From Lingula anatina (lineage: Eukaryota > Animalia > Brachiopoda), in assembly GCA_051362555.1 (NCBI GenBank), contig CM120640.1:32631967-32695966 (forward strand): a stretch of 64,000 bases of DNA. The letters run 5' to 3'. This document shows positions 1 to 12,666 of the stretch, piece by piece. The stretch's first letter is position 1; every line of letters starts with the position of its first letter. The position numbers and the translations under genes were made by a program. The notes beneath the pieces are model-generated. The model worked only from the letters and a program-made list of their open reading frames with translations, ran no database searches and was not told where the DNA came from.

Positions 1-369
1 ATCTAGTTAACCATCTATAAGCGCGATACATATGTTTTCGCATTCATGCCAACTGTTGTAATTGCATCAGGTTTCTGAAAGGAGCATCTTTTCCTTCCAC
101 ATAAAATTTTATTTTTCTTCCAAAAAGATGTCTTTCCCTCACGAAAGAGGAGCCGCTTTACTGCATCATGCAATACACCATTCCCAGCATTATTACGTCA
201 AATTAAAGCATCGTTACAAGTGCTTTGAAACATCGTTAAATGATTCCATAAGACAAATCAAAGTTCTAAAATTAGTACTTAAGTAAGCTGTGCGATTCCA
301 ATGCTAGCTGAAACAAAAGCAAAAACATCCAAAACAAAGAGAATCAGACGTGTTAGACGTTTTCAACAA

Positions 370-371
<2 letters not shown>

Positions 372-407
<36 letters not shown>
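372..407. repeat. (CA)n microsatellite
   Basis: Direct reading of the CA run. Confidence 0.95.
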
Positions 408-408
<1 letters not shown>

Positions 409-2267
409 ATAAAACAACAAAATGAATTTTAAAAAGGTGGTTTTAAGAAAATTAGCAAAGTGATTTAGTACTTTAGAAAATACATTTTTATAAGTTAACA
501 CTAAGAAGAATGAATCAATTCAAAATGACAATAATTGCCTTCAGTGTCACCCTCCACTCCCAGTAAGATTGGTCATAATGCGGACTTCTGTTTGTCCAGA
601 ACCATCATATCTTTACAACTATATCTGAAGAATTGGCATCATATCTACCCTCTCAGCGGGAGATATATTGGCGCAATACTTCTTAAATAAGACAATAAAT
701 TAAACGGGTAAGTGGTTCAATAACAGACAAGTGCTTATTACACTTGCCGAAAGCGCTCCGAACGCAACAGAAGCTGTGAAGTGGCATGTAAAAATATAGG
801 CAGCTGAAGTGGACGACGCGATTATTAATTCACCTAACAAGATGCAATAACAGGAACAGGTGGTTCTTAACCTCTCGAAGTTGGAATTTCAAAGGTTTAT
901 TCTTTTATGGATATACTATTTATAATTTATATTCGTTTATCCTTTCTTTTTGTTTTTAATATTGTGTGAACGGCATTTAATTAATACTTATCAAATTTGA
1001 AAAAATAAAATTAACAAAAGAAATCGATATTACTAAAACAAAAACTCGATCAGTCTCAATGCATAATTGATCGTAATTAATGTTTAGTTTCCATTTCCAC
1101 ACCTTTTTCTCAAGCACACAATCATGGTTTAGAAAATAATGGCACAAATTTATAACCGTCATACCGAACCCTAATAAACATGTTTTGTATTGTATTCATT
1201 TGCCAATTATTGATTAAAAGTCATTTCAGGAAAAGATTGGACGAAAATATAAGTGCACGTCCTGGCGGAGTATGATGCACTGAGTGCTACATTGGGATGT
1301 CATCAAGAAATTGATACGTGCTCGTTAAACAGCACAAACATAATTTGAAAGTGGTGCAAATCCTAGAGGCGTCATGGCAGTCGAGGGCCATGTTTGATCG
1401 CGAAATTGAGAACGTATCAGACTCTTGACTCGAAATAAAAATGCAAATGGTGATTGATGGCGATGGTATCACTTGCTTATAAAACTGCCTCCTTGAGCGG
1501 ATCGAATTTAGGAAGGATGATGCCGTGTTACTGTATATTTTGTAGTTATCTCTTCAAAACAAATGATATATACTGATTAAATAGCGCATCGTGGGTTTGT
1601 GAGTCACTGCCATAATATCTAATATAAATGTCTCGGTAGCTAGACTGTATTAATATACCAACACGTTTAGATGAATTTCCAAACAATTAAGTAGCCGTTT
1701 GATAGCTGAACGAACGACTCCTGCGTTGCTCCTATCATATTCAAACGTTTACTTATATATTTAACAATTTCATTAAAAGTAAGCTATATTTCATTAGAAT
1801 GACTTGATCAAGCGTAGTACTAACTTAGCCCGTCGTCTTATTTATCTCAAGCACTGATAATGTAGACCCGCCAGCTGGAAATTTATCATCATTTTCGCTG
1901 CATTATGGCATTAAGTTCCAATGAAAGTTTTGATAAATTTTAGCTCTTGAGAGGAGGGGATTAGTGAGTTCAATTATGCGGATTAACGGGGTTTCACGGC
2001 AGTAGAATATACCAGACATTATGTCGCCCTGTGCAGATCGACGCTTATTTTTGAGAGGACACCAAGAAAATGTAAGCGTTGGATTTATCGACATGAGTAT
2101 ACATATAACGATGTTTTTACGATTATTATTAAAGTGTTTGCACTTTTCAATATTTGGTAGTGCATATTTTAACATATGAAATATAGATTAATCGAAGAGT
2201 TTCACTCCATTTTTTATATATGTAGTTATAAAGGAAAAAAGTAGAATATTATTTGATTTAAATAATT

Positions 2268-2304
2268 TTGTGCTAGGCAAATAAATTTTATTTGCCTAGC
2301 ACAA
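2268..2304. repeat. Perfect short palindrome (18-bp arms), probably a MITE remnant
   Basis: TTGTGCTAGGCAAATAAA-T-TTTATTTGCCTAGCACAA. Confidence 0.8.
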
Positions 2305-2724
2305 TCATTAAGTATTAACGGTGGCTTATTGTTTACAAAAAATGATGTTAATATATGGCAAAAACTATGACAATTCAGAATATTTTACAACTTATATTGT
2401 TGTTATTTCACATATACACAAATGTACACGAAGTTTGACGGTGATTTGGTGGTTTCCTTGTTGAATATAAATCTAAAATTCAAAGTAACTATAACTTGTT
2501 TCTATCAATGTTGATTAATTGTTATTAGAAAAATTACAAACATACTTGTATATATATATACGTTCTCCGTTATGATGTGTAAGTGTGAATAACCTATGAT
2601 ACCTTTGAATTGCATCAATATCTCTAATTGATTCTTATTTACTTGAACATTTTCATCTTTGTCATTTGTTTTATATTATTTCACAAAATTTTGAAGTATC
2701 CATAGAAATATCCATTCTATGTCT

Positions 2725-2725
2725 A

Positions 2726-2776
<51 letters not shown>
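2725..2776. repeat. (TAAA)n microsatellite
   Basis: Direct reading. Confidence 0.95.
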
Positions 2777-5700
2777 AAATAGCCTACTGACCCTGTGGGT
2801 CTCCAGGTTGCAAGAATCTACATTAACAATGCGTAGTAAATGAACAAATTTACATTGTTATTCAGGCCCGGATTCAGTTTTACTAGCCTTTGACGCACGG
2901 TCAGTGATTAGCCTCGTGGACTAAATAAATTTTGAAAAGATTTCAAAAGTGGAAATGCAAAAATTAACGATAAAATAAATATTGACATGAAAACTATTTC
3001 GAACGGCTTTTGGTAGCTTTTTCGATACTCTTCCCTTTTACAACCAAGATTAGCTACACAATCAATTTAAACACTGAATACAAACGCTTTTCATATGGTA
3101 TATGTGCTTTTCCATAAGGCGCCTCAGTGGTGTTCTTATTTTCTTATTTAATTCATTATAAGGCAATATGGTATAACGGTATATGAAGGAAACTCCCTTA
3201 CTTTACCTTGTAAAAATTAAAATAAGTCTACACCAGACTCCAATGAAACACTCAATCGATGTTTTAAAATCACAAGAAAAGGTAATAAGTAAAACTTCTG
3301 GATATATTTCATGTAATCAAGAAATTGAGAAAATGGCTTCAAAGAAAATAAAAAGTATTAAAACAAAAACAACAACTTTTGCGTACAGCTGTCATGGCTG
3401 TTGTCGGTCATAAATCAATAGAACAAAATACTAGAATTCTTTATACACGTGTATATTTCAGGAAGCATTCGGATGTGATCGCGAGACCAGCCGGTCTCTC
3501 TACCGCAATTAGCACAATTTGCTTAGCAACATAACAGGAGAAGCTTATTAGGTCAAATGTACCCTCTACCAGGGCCACAGATTGATTTTTCACTAGATAT
3601 TAACAGATATGTCTCTGGTTAAATAGATGGCTTATCTCTTTACTGTGTGCTCGCCTCAGCAAAAATGTTCACAATAATAACTGCGGCCCTGGTAGAGGGT
3701 CGGTCAAATGTGAGTCAAACGGTTCAATGCATGCAAAATAATTTACAGAGAGAACTAATGACCCTGATCATAGATAGACTTTACTACATACTAGAACCAA
3801 AGCAAACTGGCAAATACTCGCTAAGGGCATCTGAAACTTTTAAAAGACGAAAAGTAAAAATTCAAACGATCAATGGGTGACAATTTAATGAGTGCATAAA
3901 ACATGCAAGTTTCATAGCTGACAGGCAAAGCAATATTCTTTTCTTATCATTTAGTAATTTTATCTATCTGTGCCATTATGTCAACATATTTATCCATCTC
4001 TTCTTTGGTTGTCAGGTTATTTTAATAATAATAATAAAAAGAATAATAATATGAATAATAATAACAATAGTGGTGATAGTTGTGGATCTATTTCTGTTCT
4101 TGGTTGGTGTAGCTGTGAGCGGTTCAGTAAAAAAGAACAGCTTAGTTATAGACAGCAACGCTACCACTTGCCCTCTATATTGCGTCCCCTTTATATCATG
4201 AAGACGCATCGTTAGGTTTCGTCGTGTATCAGTCTGTTCTTAAAGAGTTCAGTATACACTTGGACATAATAACGTTATTATGTCCAAGGTATACATCAAG
4301 GTCTGCACATATAATATAGGCCTACATACATTGCAAATAAATAAAAGAAACAGGTAGTCTAGGTACATGTATACGTGCCATAACCATGTTGTAAAACGGA
4401 AAATAGATAAGTATAAAAATTGGGTATATTTCAGGTATATAGCATTAGCAATCGTGTGTTGGGCAACGATAGTGACAGTAGTGACAAGGACAGTGCAGGT
4501 GATAAGGTATATAATATATGTATTTGCAGGAACTGACGGTGAGTTTATATGAAAAACATTCATACAATGGCGACGACATATTATATGATATTTCATTATT
4601 AAGGGATTCATTTTCATTACCTGCCCAAGTGAGCAGGCAGACAAATTACAAATCGTTGTCACGAGGGCTTTTGTTATCGAGAATTTCAAAGGTATTCTTA
4701 AGCAAACACAAGCTTTTTATCAGCCCTGATAGTACTTTGGAGGGAGGAGACATTCCCTATTGTAAACAAGGATGCGCATGCCTCTTGTATCACACTAGTC
4801 AGCTATCACACTAGTCAGCTATCACCATATCGTTTGAAGTTGTCCTAATGGCCGATAAAATTCATATTATATATCATCAAATTTGAGCAATGGTTTTTAT
4901 AATTCCATAATCTCCCTTTTAGTGACCACATGCCGATCTATCCTCCGATAACAGGGGTTTCCTAAAAAGTATACACAATTATAGTATATAATACCCCGAG
5001 TGTCAGAGCAACGTAAAAGCTAGCTTGTTAAATATATACCTTGTGATGGAGTCGCTTTTACTAGTATTGCGACATGGGTTATATATGAAATCAAGATCGA
5101 GCTGGCAATATCGGAATCTAGAACTTACGGTAGTATATAAAAGCTATACAATAATTTTGTAACATAGTACTAACGCACCCTTGCGGTTCGAGGGTATGCT
5201 AGATCTTCGCTTTACTGGTTACATGTATGTCTCTACCACTAGCACTTATTGTGTGTCCTGCAACAACGTAGCTCCATATGAACAGGGAATTATATCCCAG
5301 ACGATATTATTTCCTGATGTGAACTAGTGCATCGTCCGATTACTGATGGGCTTATTATGCCAAATCATTGTGTTGCAACTCCAGATAACAATAGAACAAC
5401 TATTGAGTAACTTTATTAATAATGAAGGGCAAAACGTAATCAAATTTTCATTAATATTTAGTTCCTGTATTAATTTAGCTCCTATGGCTGAAAAATACGA
5501 AACTGGTATAAAAATCAGATCGAACATCTGCTCCAGCACACACATAGATTTACAGTGTACGCTACAGACAAGACAATAGTCTTTAATTCCTTGCAGTGTG
5601 CGAGCTCTAACACAATTTGTACATAGGCCCTACTGGTGACGACCTTGTGTCACGCAAATTTTTAGGAAAATCGAGGTAAATTCAGCAAACCAATTAAAAC

Positions 5701-6114
5701 AATTCCCCCAGTGCTCTCAAAACCAAACATTTGGAATGGCGGGTCTAAGAAGTAGGTGGAGGGCACTTGACTTAATAACTTCAATATAACTGCATGCAGA
5801 CAAGCCAATCGAGGTGAGACAACAGCATCTTACCCTCCCCCCCCCCCAACCCCACACAGACGCAGGTCACATGTCAATTGAAAATTGCACCTTTATCTAT
5901 TTTGCATGTATTTTTAATAGGAATAAGATGTTTTGGGTATTGAAAAAAATGTTGAAAATGTCTTGATCATGTTGCCAACTCTCAAACATCATGCCATTAA
6001 CATATCCAGTTTTTCGATAATAAAAATAAACAGTGGAGTTACAGAGTAATCCTATGATACTGGTTTTAATTGAAATATTTTTACATTAATTGAATAGAAT
6101 CACAGCACATTTCT

Positions 6115-7164
6115 TCAGTACTCAAAGAAAGCCAGTAATACCATTACACACACTCCGAGTATTATAAACAGAATTTTCCTCAAAACTTCTGGCGATACAT
6201 CTCCCTCAAGTTCAGCACCGAGAATTTCAAAGAATGTTATGTATAAAAATGATCCTGTGCATACACTCTGTAGAATTCCATCTACAAATTCACTGCCCGA
6301 AGTTTTGGAATATGCCACAGCCATTCCAATTCCTGCCCCTACAGGAGTCGCCGCAGAAAACGTTAAAATAAGGACAAAAAATTGCCAGCGTTTAAAATTG
6401 TCAATCATCCTTAAACTCAACGAGAAAGCTATGAAGCACTTATGAACCACCATAGCTCCAAAAACTGTGGAAATATCTATTTCAGTCTTTTGTATTCCCA
6501 ACGTTATTCCTTCAAATATGGTGTGAACCAGAAGTACGAGAAACAGCAAAGACACCCGAATCTTGGCAGTTCCAGCATTATCTCTAGGTTGATCATGATA
6601 TACTTCACCACTAGCATGGCGTCTCGATGTAGTCTGACTGTCAGGAGAAATTTCATCCGGTGCTGGTTCAGGATCTTGGTTGGAATTCACTGAATCTCGG
6701 GAATGTTTACGATCTTCTGTCAAATCATGCTTTATAGCCGCCATCTCAATGCTTGAATACTGCCCTTTATTTGATTGTGGAAAAATATTAGTTGCTTCGG
6801 AAACGTCAGTATTTTTATCAGGCGCTAGTCTTTGAAAACAAACCTCAGCAATTTTCTCAAAACTCAAACAAACGAATAATCCCATAAGAACTCCAAATTC
6901 CGTGATGGGGAATATGGTACGGACGGACGACTCTTTCACAGCATTCTCAGTATGCTCTCTGGCCTCTGGAATCAAATGCATAAACGCTGATCCAAGAAAC
7001 ACACCACCCGTAAAACAGTTTAGACCCCCAAGAAAGGCAGTGTTGAGAGATCCGTCCTTAACCTTTCGATGCCATCTCAGAATAAAAAACGGGAGTGCGC
7101 CAAATAATAGCGTAAGGCTGAAAAGTGCAGCGATCAAAGCAATGTGAAGTTCGATGAAGCCCAT
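6115..7164 (-). CDS. Zinc/divalent metal transporter, ZIP (SLC39) subfamily II, ZIP1/ZIP3-like; single coding exon, 349 aa
   Basis: Motifs LNCFTGGVFLGSAFMHLIPE, TM4 HTIFEG, TM5 HK and GSFLYITFFEIL. The track ORF starts at GTG 7335; the first ATG (MGFIELHIAL) is at 7164 and matches the paralogue N-termini in position. Confidence 0.93.
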   Translation of the reverse strand: MGFIELHIALIAALFSLTLLFGALPFFILRWHRKVKDGSLNTAFLGGLNCFTGGVFLGSAFMHLIPEAREHTENAVKESSVRTIFPITEFGVLMGLFVCLSFEKIAEVCFQRLAPDKNTDVSEATNIFPQSNKGQYSSIEMAAIKHDLTEDRKHSRDSVNSNQDPEPAPDEISPDSQTTSRRHASGEVYHDQPRDNAGTAKIRVSLLFLVLLVHTIFEGITLGIQKTEIDISTVFGAMVVHKCFIAFSLSLRMIDNFKRWQFFVLILTFSAATPVGAGIGMAVAYSKTSGSEFVDGILQSVCTGSFLYITFFEILGAELEGDVSPEVLRKILFIILGVCVMVLLAFFEY

Positions 7165-7832
7165 ATCTGAATCCGGACTATCGAAATGTTGACTGAAATC
7201 AAAGACTTGCAGAGTAAATGGTGTCTGTAAAGAATGTCGCCTAAAGTCCGCAGCAAGCTGCTTGATGACGTGAAGCTCACGAATCACTCTACGGTGTATT
7301 ATGGTGTACTCAGGCGCGTAATGGAAACGACACACTGTTGCTCTTCCATTCTTTCTATCTTTTCATTTTGAGCGGGTTTTTTGAGGGGACCTTGCCATAT
7401 AACACTAGGCCTATATATGTATATCACGGCGGGTTTGTGGATCTGATCCACCGCGACATGATCCAAGAAGCAAGGCTTAGTACGTACTTCCACAAAGTCC
7501 GGTTTATTCCTTGTTGAGAGCTGGGACCTCCAGTCAGCTTGCTCAGCTATCTGGTGTGGCCAAGTCCATTCTTCCCTCTCAAAGAATACATAAAAGTTAT
7601 ATAGCCTATTTGAACAATGAACTACTGTTAGAGGTAAATGGTCTTAATTACAGATAGGAAGATGACTTAAGTTGATAAAATTATAATGAAAGAGCGTGGT
7701 CAGAGACCATGCACTGTCTGACCATTAACTGTGTAGATAAATGATGTATCTGACCCATTAATTTTCATAACAGTACAGTTGTGATATGCACATGAAAACC
7801 AGTGACAATTCATTGTCACAGCATATAGGCAT

Positions 7833-8229
7833 AGGGACCATTCCCATAGATTTGGATCGATCTATCTCCCTGGGGAGTCTCACTAAATGCCTATCAACTT
7901 AATCGTCTTAGACCCCATTCCCAGAGATTAGATCGATCCAAACTAGATCGACCTAACTCCCCGGGGGTTCACGCTAAAAAGCTGTCAGTTAATTACCCCT
8001 GACATTTAGATCGATCTATCCCCGTTGGGAGTCTCACTAGATTACTGTCAGATAATCCGGCTTAAATGTCCGTCCCGCCTACTACAAGCTGTAAGGGGGT
8101 AATTATCTTTACCCCCTAGCTGATACGGTAGGCGTGACAGACATTTAAGCCGGTTACGTGGTAGCAATTTAGTGAGACGCCCCAAAAAATAGACCGATCC
8201 AGATGGATCGATCTGGCATGGAACCCAGT
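7833..8229. mobile_element. Composite/rearranged cluster of fragments of the GATCGATCTA MITE family (same family as 38819 and 39582)
   Basis: Shares CCCATAGATT..GATCGATCTA, GGGGAGTCTCACTAGATTACTGTCAGATAATCC and GGGGGTTCACGCTAAA blocks with the SLC3A intronic copies. Confidence 0.85.
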
Positions 8230-8807
8230 TTTAGTGTTATATGGAAGATCCCCCTCAAAAAGGCTGTTCAATATAAAAAATACGGGTTTTATACATGTTA
8301 CCTTCAGGGCCCTCTTTCCTAGGAGATGTTGAACGTATGGTAGAAAATTGAACTGCACTTTTCGACCATCATCATTGTGCCTAGCAATTAAATTAAATTG
8401 TTCACAACGCATCTTATATTTTATTCCTAATTGACATTTTTAATCAGACCCCATCAATTAAACATCCAAGGATGCACTATTAACAAGTGCATAATCTTAT
8501 ATGGAAAGAGAAAATGATTTTAAATACGGCCTTATAATCACTGAGCGCATTCAGATCAGCGGACTCAGGCCGCATTCAGAACAGATGATCCGCGGGTCAA
8601 ACATGCCGATCCCACTTGAAAGCGATGCCACTCATTCCCTAGTGATCTCCCGCCTCAAGGTGCGTCAATCATTTATTTTTCAACACCAAATAACCTGTAA
8701 TCTTTTTATTAAAAAAAGTCACGCCCGACTTAGTTGTCTTGTCAGCTGGCTCAGTTGACAATGACATGAGTTAACTACGACTTTTATTTCATTTACCAAG
8801 GTAACTG

Positions 8808-9109
8808 GAGGGTCCTACTGGGTATTTTCGTTACCCGTGACAGCCAATTTCCCCCCGCGATGCATGAAATGTTCATATTATCTAGCGTGATCCGTGGAGC
8901 ACCTCATCCCCATGACTCGTGAATGTGGCTTTTTATTCCTTGTTCTTCATGAAACGAAGTTATTATACTCAATGATTCGTGATTTTCAACTCACATAGTT
9001 TGTAATTTAAATGAGATGTAAATTGAATTTTATACACTGTGATTTGTGATTTGGTGATTTTATTTCCCGTGAAATGTGAACACTACCACCCCAACCCCAT
9101 GGAACCCTG
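8808..9109. mobile_element. MITE with GAGGGTCC...GG(A/G)ACCCT termini upstream of the first + strand ZIP
   Basis: Terminal inverted repeats, flanking TAACTG direct repeats and internal CGTGA repeats. The orthologous copy is at 12058-12336. Confidence 0.65.
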
Positions 9110-9422
9110 TAACTGAAACACCCGTTTATACGAATATTGTTCAACGTGATTCACATAACAGCAGCCCAACCGAAACTACTTCACAAAGCGATCACGTGTG
9201 AAGAACGCCTACAGTGCAAAATAGCATGTGACCCAGGCTGCCTTCACATTGCAGGAATCAATAACCCGCTTCACATAGCGCTGTACTCCGGTTGAATAAT
9301 GGCAGTGTAACGGGAAACATGCAATGTGAGACGGGAGTGTTGCCGGGGCTAGACAAGAGGGACGTCACTGACTAAGTCAAAAACTTTTTATCTTATGAGT
9401 AATAAGCAAACTTTCTGTCACT

Positions 9423-10460
9423 ATGAATCTAGTTGGGACCAAAGTCCTCGTTTTGGCTATCTTTTTAGCGCTAAAGATTTTATTCGGACTACTTCCTTTG
9501 TTTGTGACCCGTTGGTGGACTCTATACATCGCCAGGGACATGGCGCTTTATAATGCACTACTTGGATCCCTCAACTGTTTTGCCGGTGGGGTATTCTTAG
9601 GAGTGGCTTTCTTGCACCTGATCCCAGAGGCTAGGGCCGAAATGGACGAAATAATGACTGAAGCTAAAATTCACACCCATTATCCTCTAACTGAACTGGT
9701 GGTGGTAATAGGACTCTTTCTTGTGTTGATTTTTGAAATGGTTTTGATGCTGTGTGTAGACCGCGGCGGCTACTTACTTCGACATCTTCATGGTCATTCT
9801 CACCACGATGCGGACATGCCGACAGACGTGGGGAAAGTGAATTTAACAGACAAGAACTATGAAGAGGACAAACCAAGCGGACAGCCGGGCGATCCCACAT
9901 TTTCAAGTAACCCAGATAATAACAGTAGTGGGACGCTTCCTGAACCCAATGTTCTCGACTGCACAGACCGCACGGAGTTAATAGCAGCCAAGACAGGGGC
10001 AGTTCCAAAAATACGTATTCTTCTTCTGTATCTTGCCCTTTCATCACATACTGTCTTCGAGGGGCTGGCTCTTGGATTGCAGGACAATAGTGTCCAAGTA
10101 TGGACTTTATTTGGTGCCATGATGGTCCACGTAATTATCATTACATTCACCCTTAGTATGAAACTGGTGGAAACCTTCAGCTTAAAAACTTTCCTGATTT
10201 TCATATTTTGCTTTTCGGCCATTTCTCCCATAGGAATTGGGATCGGGATAATTATAACTGACGTTGGACAGGACACCTTGGCAACGGGTCTAACAACAAG
10301 TATTCTGGAGAGTCTAGCTACTGGTACATTTCTGTATGTGACATTTTTCGAAATTCTAAAGAGAGAGCTTGAAAGTGTCACACCATCACAGGGATTGAGA
10401 AAAACATTTTTCATCGCTCTGGGTGTTGCTGTAATGGGAGCTCTTGCAATCTTCGAATAG
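9423..10460 (+). CDS. ZIP (SLC39) subfamily II metal transporter, copy A, 345 aa, intronless
   Basis: LNCFAGGVFLGVAFLHLIPE, His-rich loop HLHGHSHHD, TM4 HTVFEG, TM5 HV and GTFLYVTFFEIL. Confidence 0.95.
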   Translation: MNLVGTKVLVLAIFLALKILFGLLPLFVTRWWTLYIARDMALYNALLGSLNCFAGGVFLGVAFLHLIPEARAEMDEIMTEAKIHTHYPLTELVVVIGLFLVLIFEMVLMLCVDRGGYLLRHLHGHSHHDADMPTDVGKVNLTDKNYEEDKPSGQPGDPTFSSNPDNNSSGTLPEPNVLDCTDRTELIAAKTGAVPKIRILLLYLALSSHTVFEGLALGLQDNSVQVWTLFGAMMVHVIIITFTLSMKLVETFSLKTFLIFIFCFSAISPIGIGIGIIITDVGQDTLATGLTTSILESLATGTFLYVTFFEILKRELESVTPSQGLRKTFFIALGVAVMGALAIFE

Positions 10461-11462
10461 CACAGTCACTAGGTCCAGTGCTTTTCACAAACTAGTTTTG
10501 TTTAAAAAAATTAAGTAACGACATTCTAAAATTGCAATTCTGACTGAAGCGCAAAAAAGGACAGGCCTCTGTGACTTCTGTTCACCTTTAGATTTTATTT
10601 ATAAATATTCTAAAAACATACTTGATCACAAGAAAACTGGCTTTACTATCCAATAAAGATGTCTATAATCATTGACATACGTTAGGTAGTTCTTCACCGA
10701 CCTAAAACTCAAAACAAAAAATTACTATGTGCCCCCTACGCTGGGAGCACTAGGTTAATCTATATCATACATATACATATATTTTTAATTCAGTTTTCAT
10801 GCGTGAACGCTTGTGTGTAAATAATAATAATAATAATAATTTTTGCTTGATATAAGCAATTTATTGGTCAGTTATTTAATGGTATCAGTGCTAATTGGTG
10901 ACACTAAGCAATGTGGATTTCTAAAAAGCATGGAAATGCTGATTAACGTCGTAACGAATAGGCCTATCCCTGCTCTCTTTGCTTTAACAATATGCAAGTC
11001 AGCAAAACTTAACTGTTTGATAAGATATGGTATATTGCAATGATTTAAGGTACACAACTGATGACAAACAAAATCACAAATGATCAGTCTCTCACGTTAA
11101 TTTTAACCCATATCATTTACCAGGGTCATTTGGAGTAATGTCTTCATTCAATGTGCAAATCTGAGAATGGGGCCTATCTATCGCCTTCAGGGCCCTCTTT
11201 CCAACGAGACTTTTAACGTATGGTAGGAAATTGAATCCACACTTTCCGACCATCATCATTGTGCCTAGCAAATTGTTCACAACGACTCATATATTTTAAA
11301 ACCGATTCCTAATTGGCAGTTTTACTCTGACCCCATCAATTTAACTTCCAATGGCACGTGCAAGATAAGCATAATCTCAAATGCAAAAAGAAAATAAGGT
11401 AAACCACAACCTCATAATGATTCGCGCATTCTGGTCTATCTTATCTGTCAAGGTGCGTTAAT

Positions 11463-11766
11463 GGGGTCATTCAGAATAGAAGATCCGAGTATCAACTGAT
11501 CCAAGGATCAAATATGGCGGACCCTACATGAAAGGAAAGCCGCTTAATCCTGTAATGATTTCTCCGCCTCTCACACGCCTCCCCTTGTGTGTCGTCCCTG
11601 CAGGGGCACAGTAATTAAATATCGGCTTCCTTCGACCGGACGCGTGGGGAGGCGTGTAAGAGGAGGAGAGACCATTTCAGGATTAAGCGATCTTCCTTTC
11701 ATGTCGGGTCCGCCATATTTGATCCTTGGATCAGTTGATACTCGGATCTTCAATTCTGAATTGCCC
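11463..11766. mobile_element. Palindromic MITE with GGG...CCC ends and an AT target-site duplication (PIF/Harbinger-ISL2EU-like)
   Basis: Inverted arms of ~120 bp (ATTCAGAAT.GAAGATCCGAGTATCAACTGATCCAAGGATCAAATATGGCGGACCC). Absent at the equivalent site in unit A (~8665). Confidence 0.88.
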
Positions 11767-12057
11767 ATATTTACTTATCAACTCAAACTTTCTTTTAATC
11801 TTTTAAGTGCTGCTTATAGTTTCGCAAGTTCTTTATAACACAACATCTTTTCAATTTTTTTTAAATGTCACGTCTGACTTGGGTGTATTGTCAGCTGGCT
11901 CACCCAAGTCAGACGTGACATTTATAAAAAAATTCACGTCTGACTTGGGTGTATTGTCAGCTGGCTCAGTTGACAATGACATATGGGTTAACTGAGTATT
12001 ATTCGGAATCGACATGTTTTTGCTGTCGTGTTGTTCTTTTATTTACCAAGCTAACTG

Positions 12058-12336
12058 GAGGGTCCCTTTGGGTAATTTCTTTACCCTCGAAAGCCACTTT
12101 TTATTTCCCCCGCGCTGCGTGTAATGTTCATATTATTTAGCGTGATCCGTGAAGCACGCCTGAAGTGAACGCGGCTTTTTATTCCTTTTCCTTCGTGAAA
12201 CGAAGTTTATTATACGAAGTGATTCGTGATTTTCAACTCGCCGAACTCGCATTCTATGAGATATGAACAAAGACTTAACAACGATTTGATGATTTTATTT
12301 CACGTGAAATGTGAAACTACCCCCCATGGGACCCTC
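12058..12336. mobile_element. MITE with GAGGGTCCC...GGGACCCTC termini (duplicate of 8808-9109)
   Basis: 9-bp TIR; TAACTG/TTACTG flanks. Confidence 0.7.
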
Positions 12337-12666
12337 TTACTGGGCCTCCCGTTTATATTGTTCAACGTGATTCACATAACAGCAGCCCAAGCCACTTCAC
12401 AAAGCGATCACGTGTGAAGGCTGTGATCGTCTGCAGTGCAGAGTACAATGAGACCCAGGCTAGGTCAAAGGGTCGCTTTCACATTGCAGGTATCAATAAT
12501 ATAACCCGCTTCACATAGCGCTGTGCTCAGGTTATATAATGGCAGAGTAACGGGAAACATTCGATGTGAGACGGGAGTGTTGCCGGGGCTAGACAAAAGG
12601 GACGTCACTGACTAAGTCAAGAACAGATTTTTTATCATATGAAGTATAAGCAAACTTTCTGTCACC

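Noticed and set aside
4249-4689. 146-aa minus-strand ORF and other ORFs in 1-6000
   Set aside because: No recognisable motifs, non-ATG starts in several, and composition typical of AT-rich noncoding DNA.
7165-7335. 57-aa N-terminal extension of the minus-strand ZIP in the ORF track
   Set aside because: It starts at GTG, has no ZIP similarity, and contains a likely splice acceptor (TTCTTTACAG, ~7226). The ATG at 7164 matches the paralogue starts.
8543-8549. Metal-response element (TGCGCTC on the minus strand) between the ZIP genes
   Set aside because: It is a single 7-mer that is not conserved in unit B, and is expected by chance.
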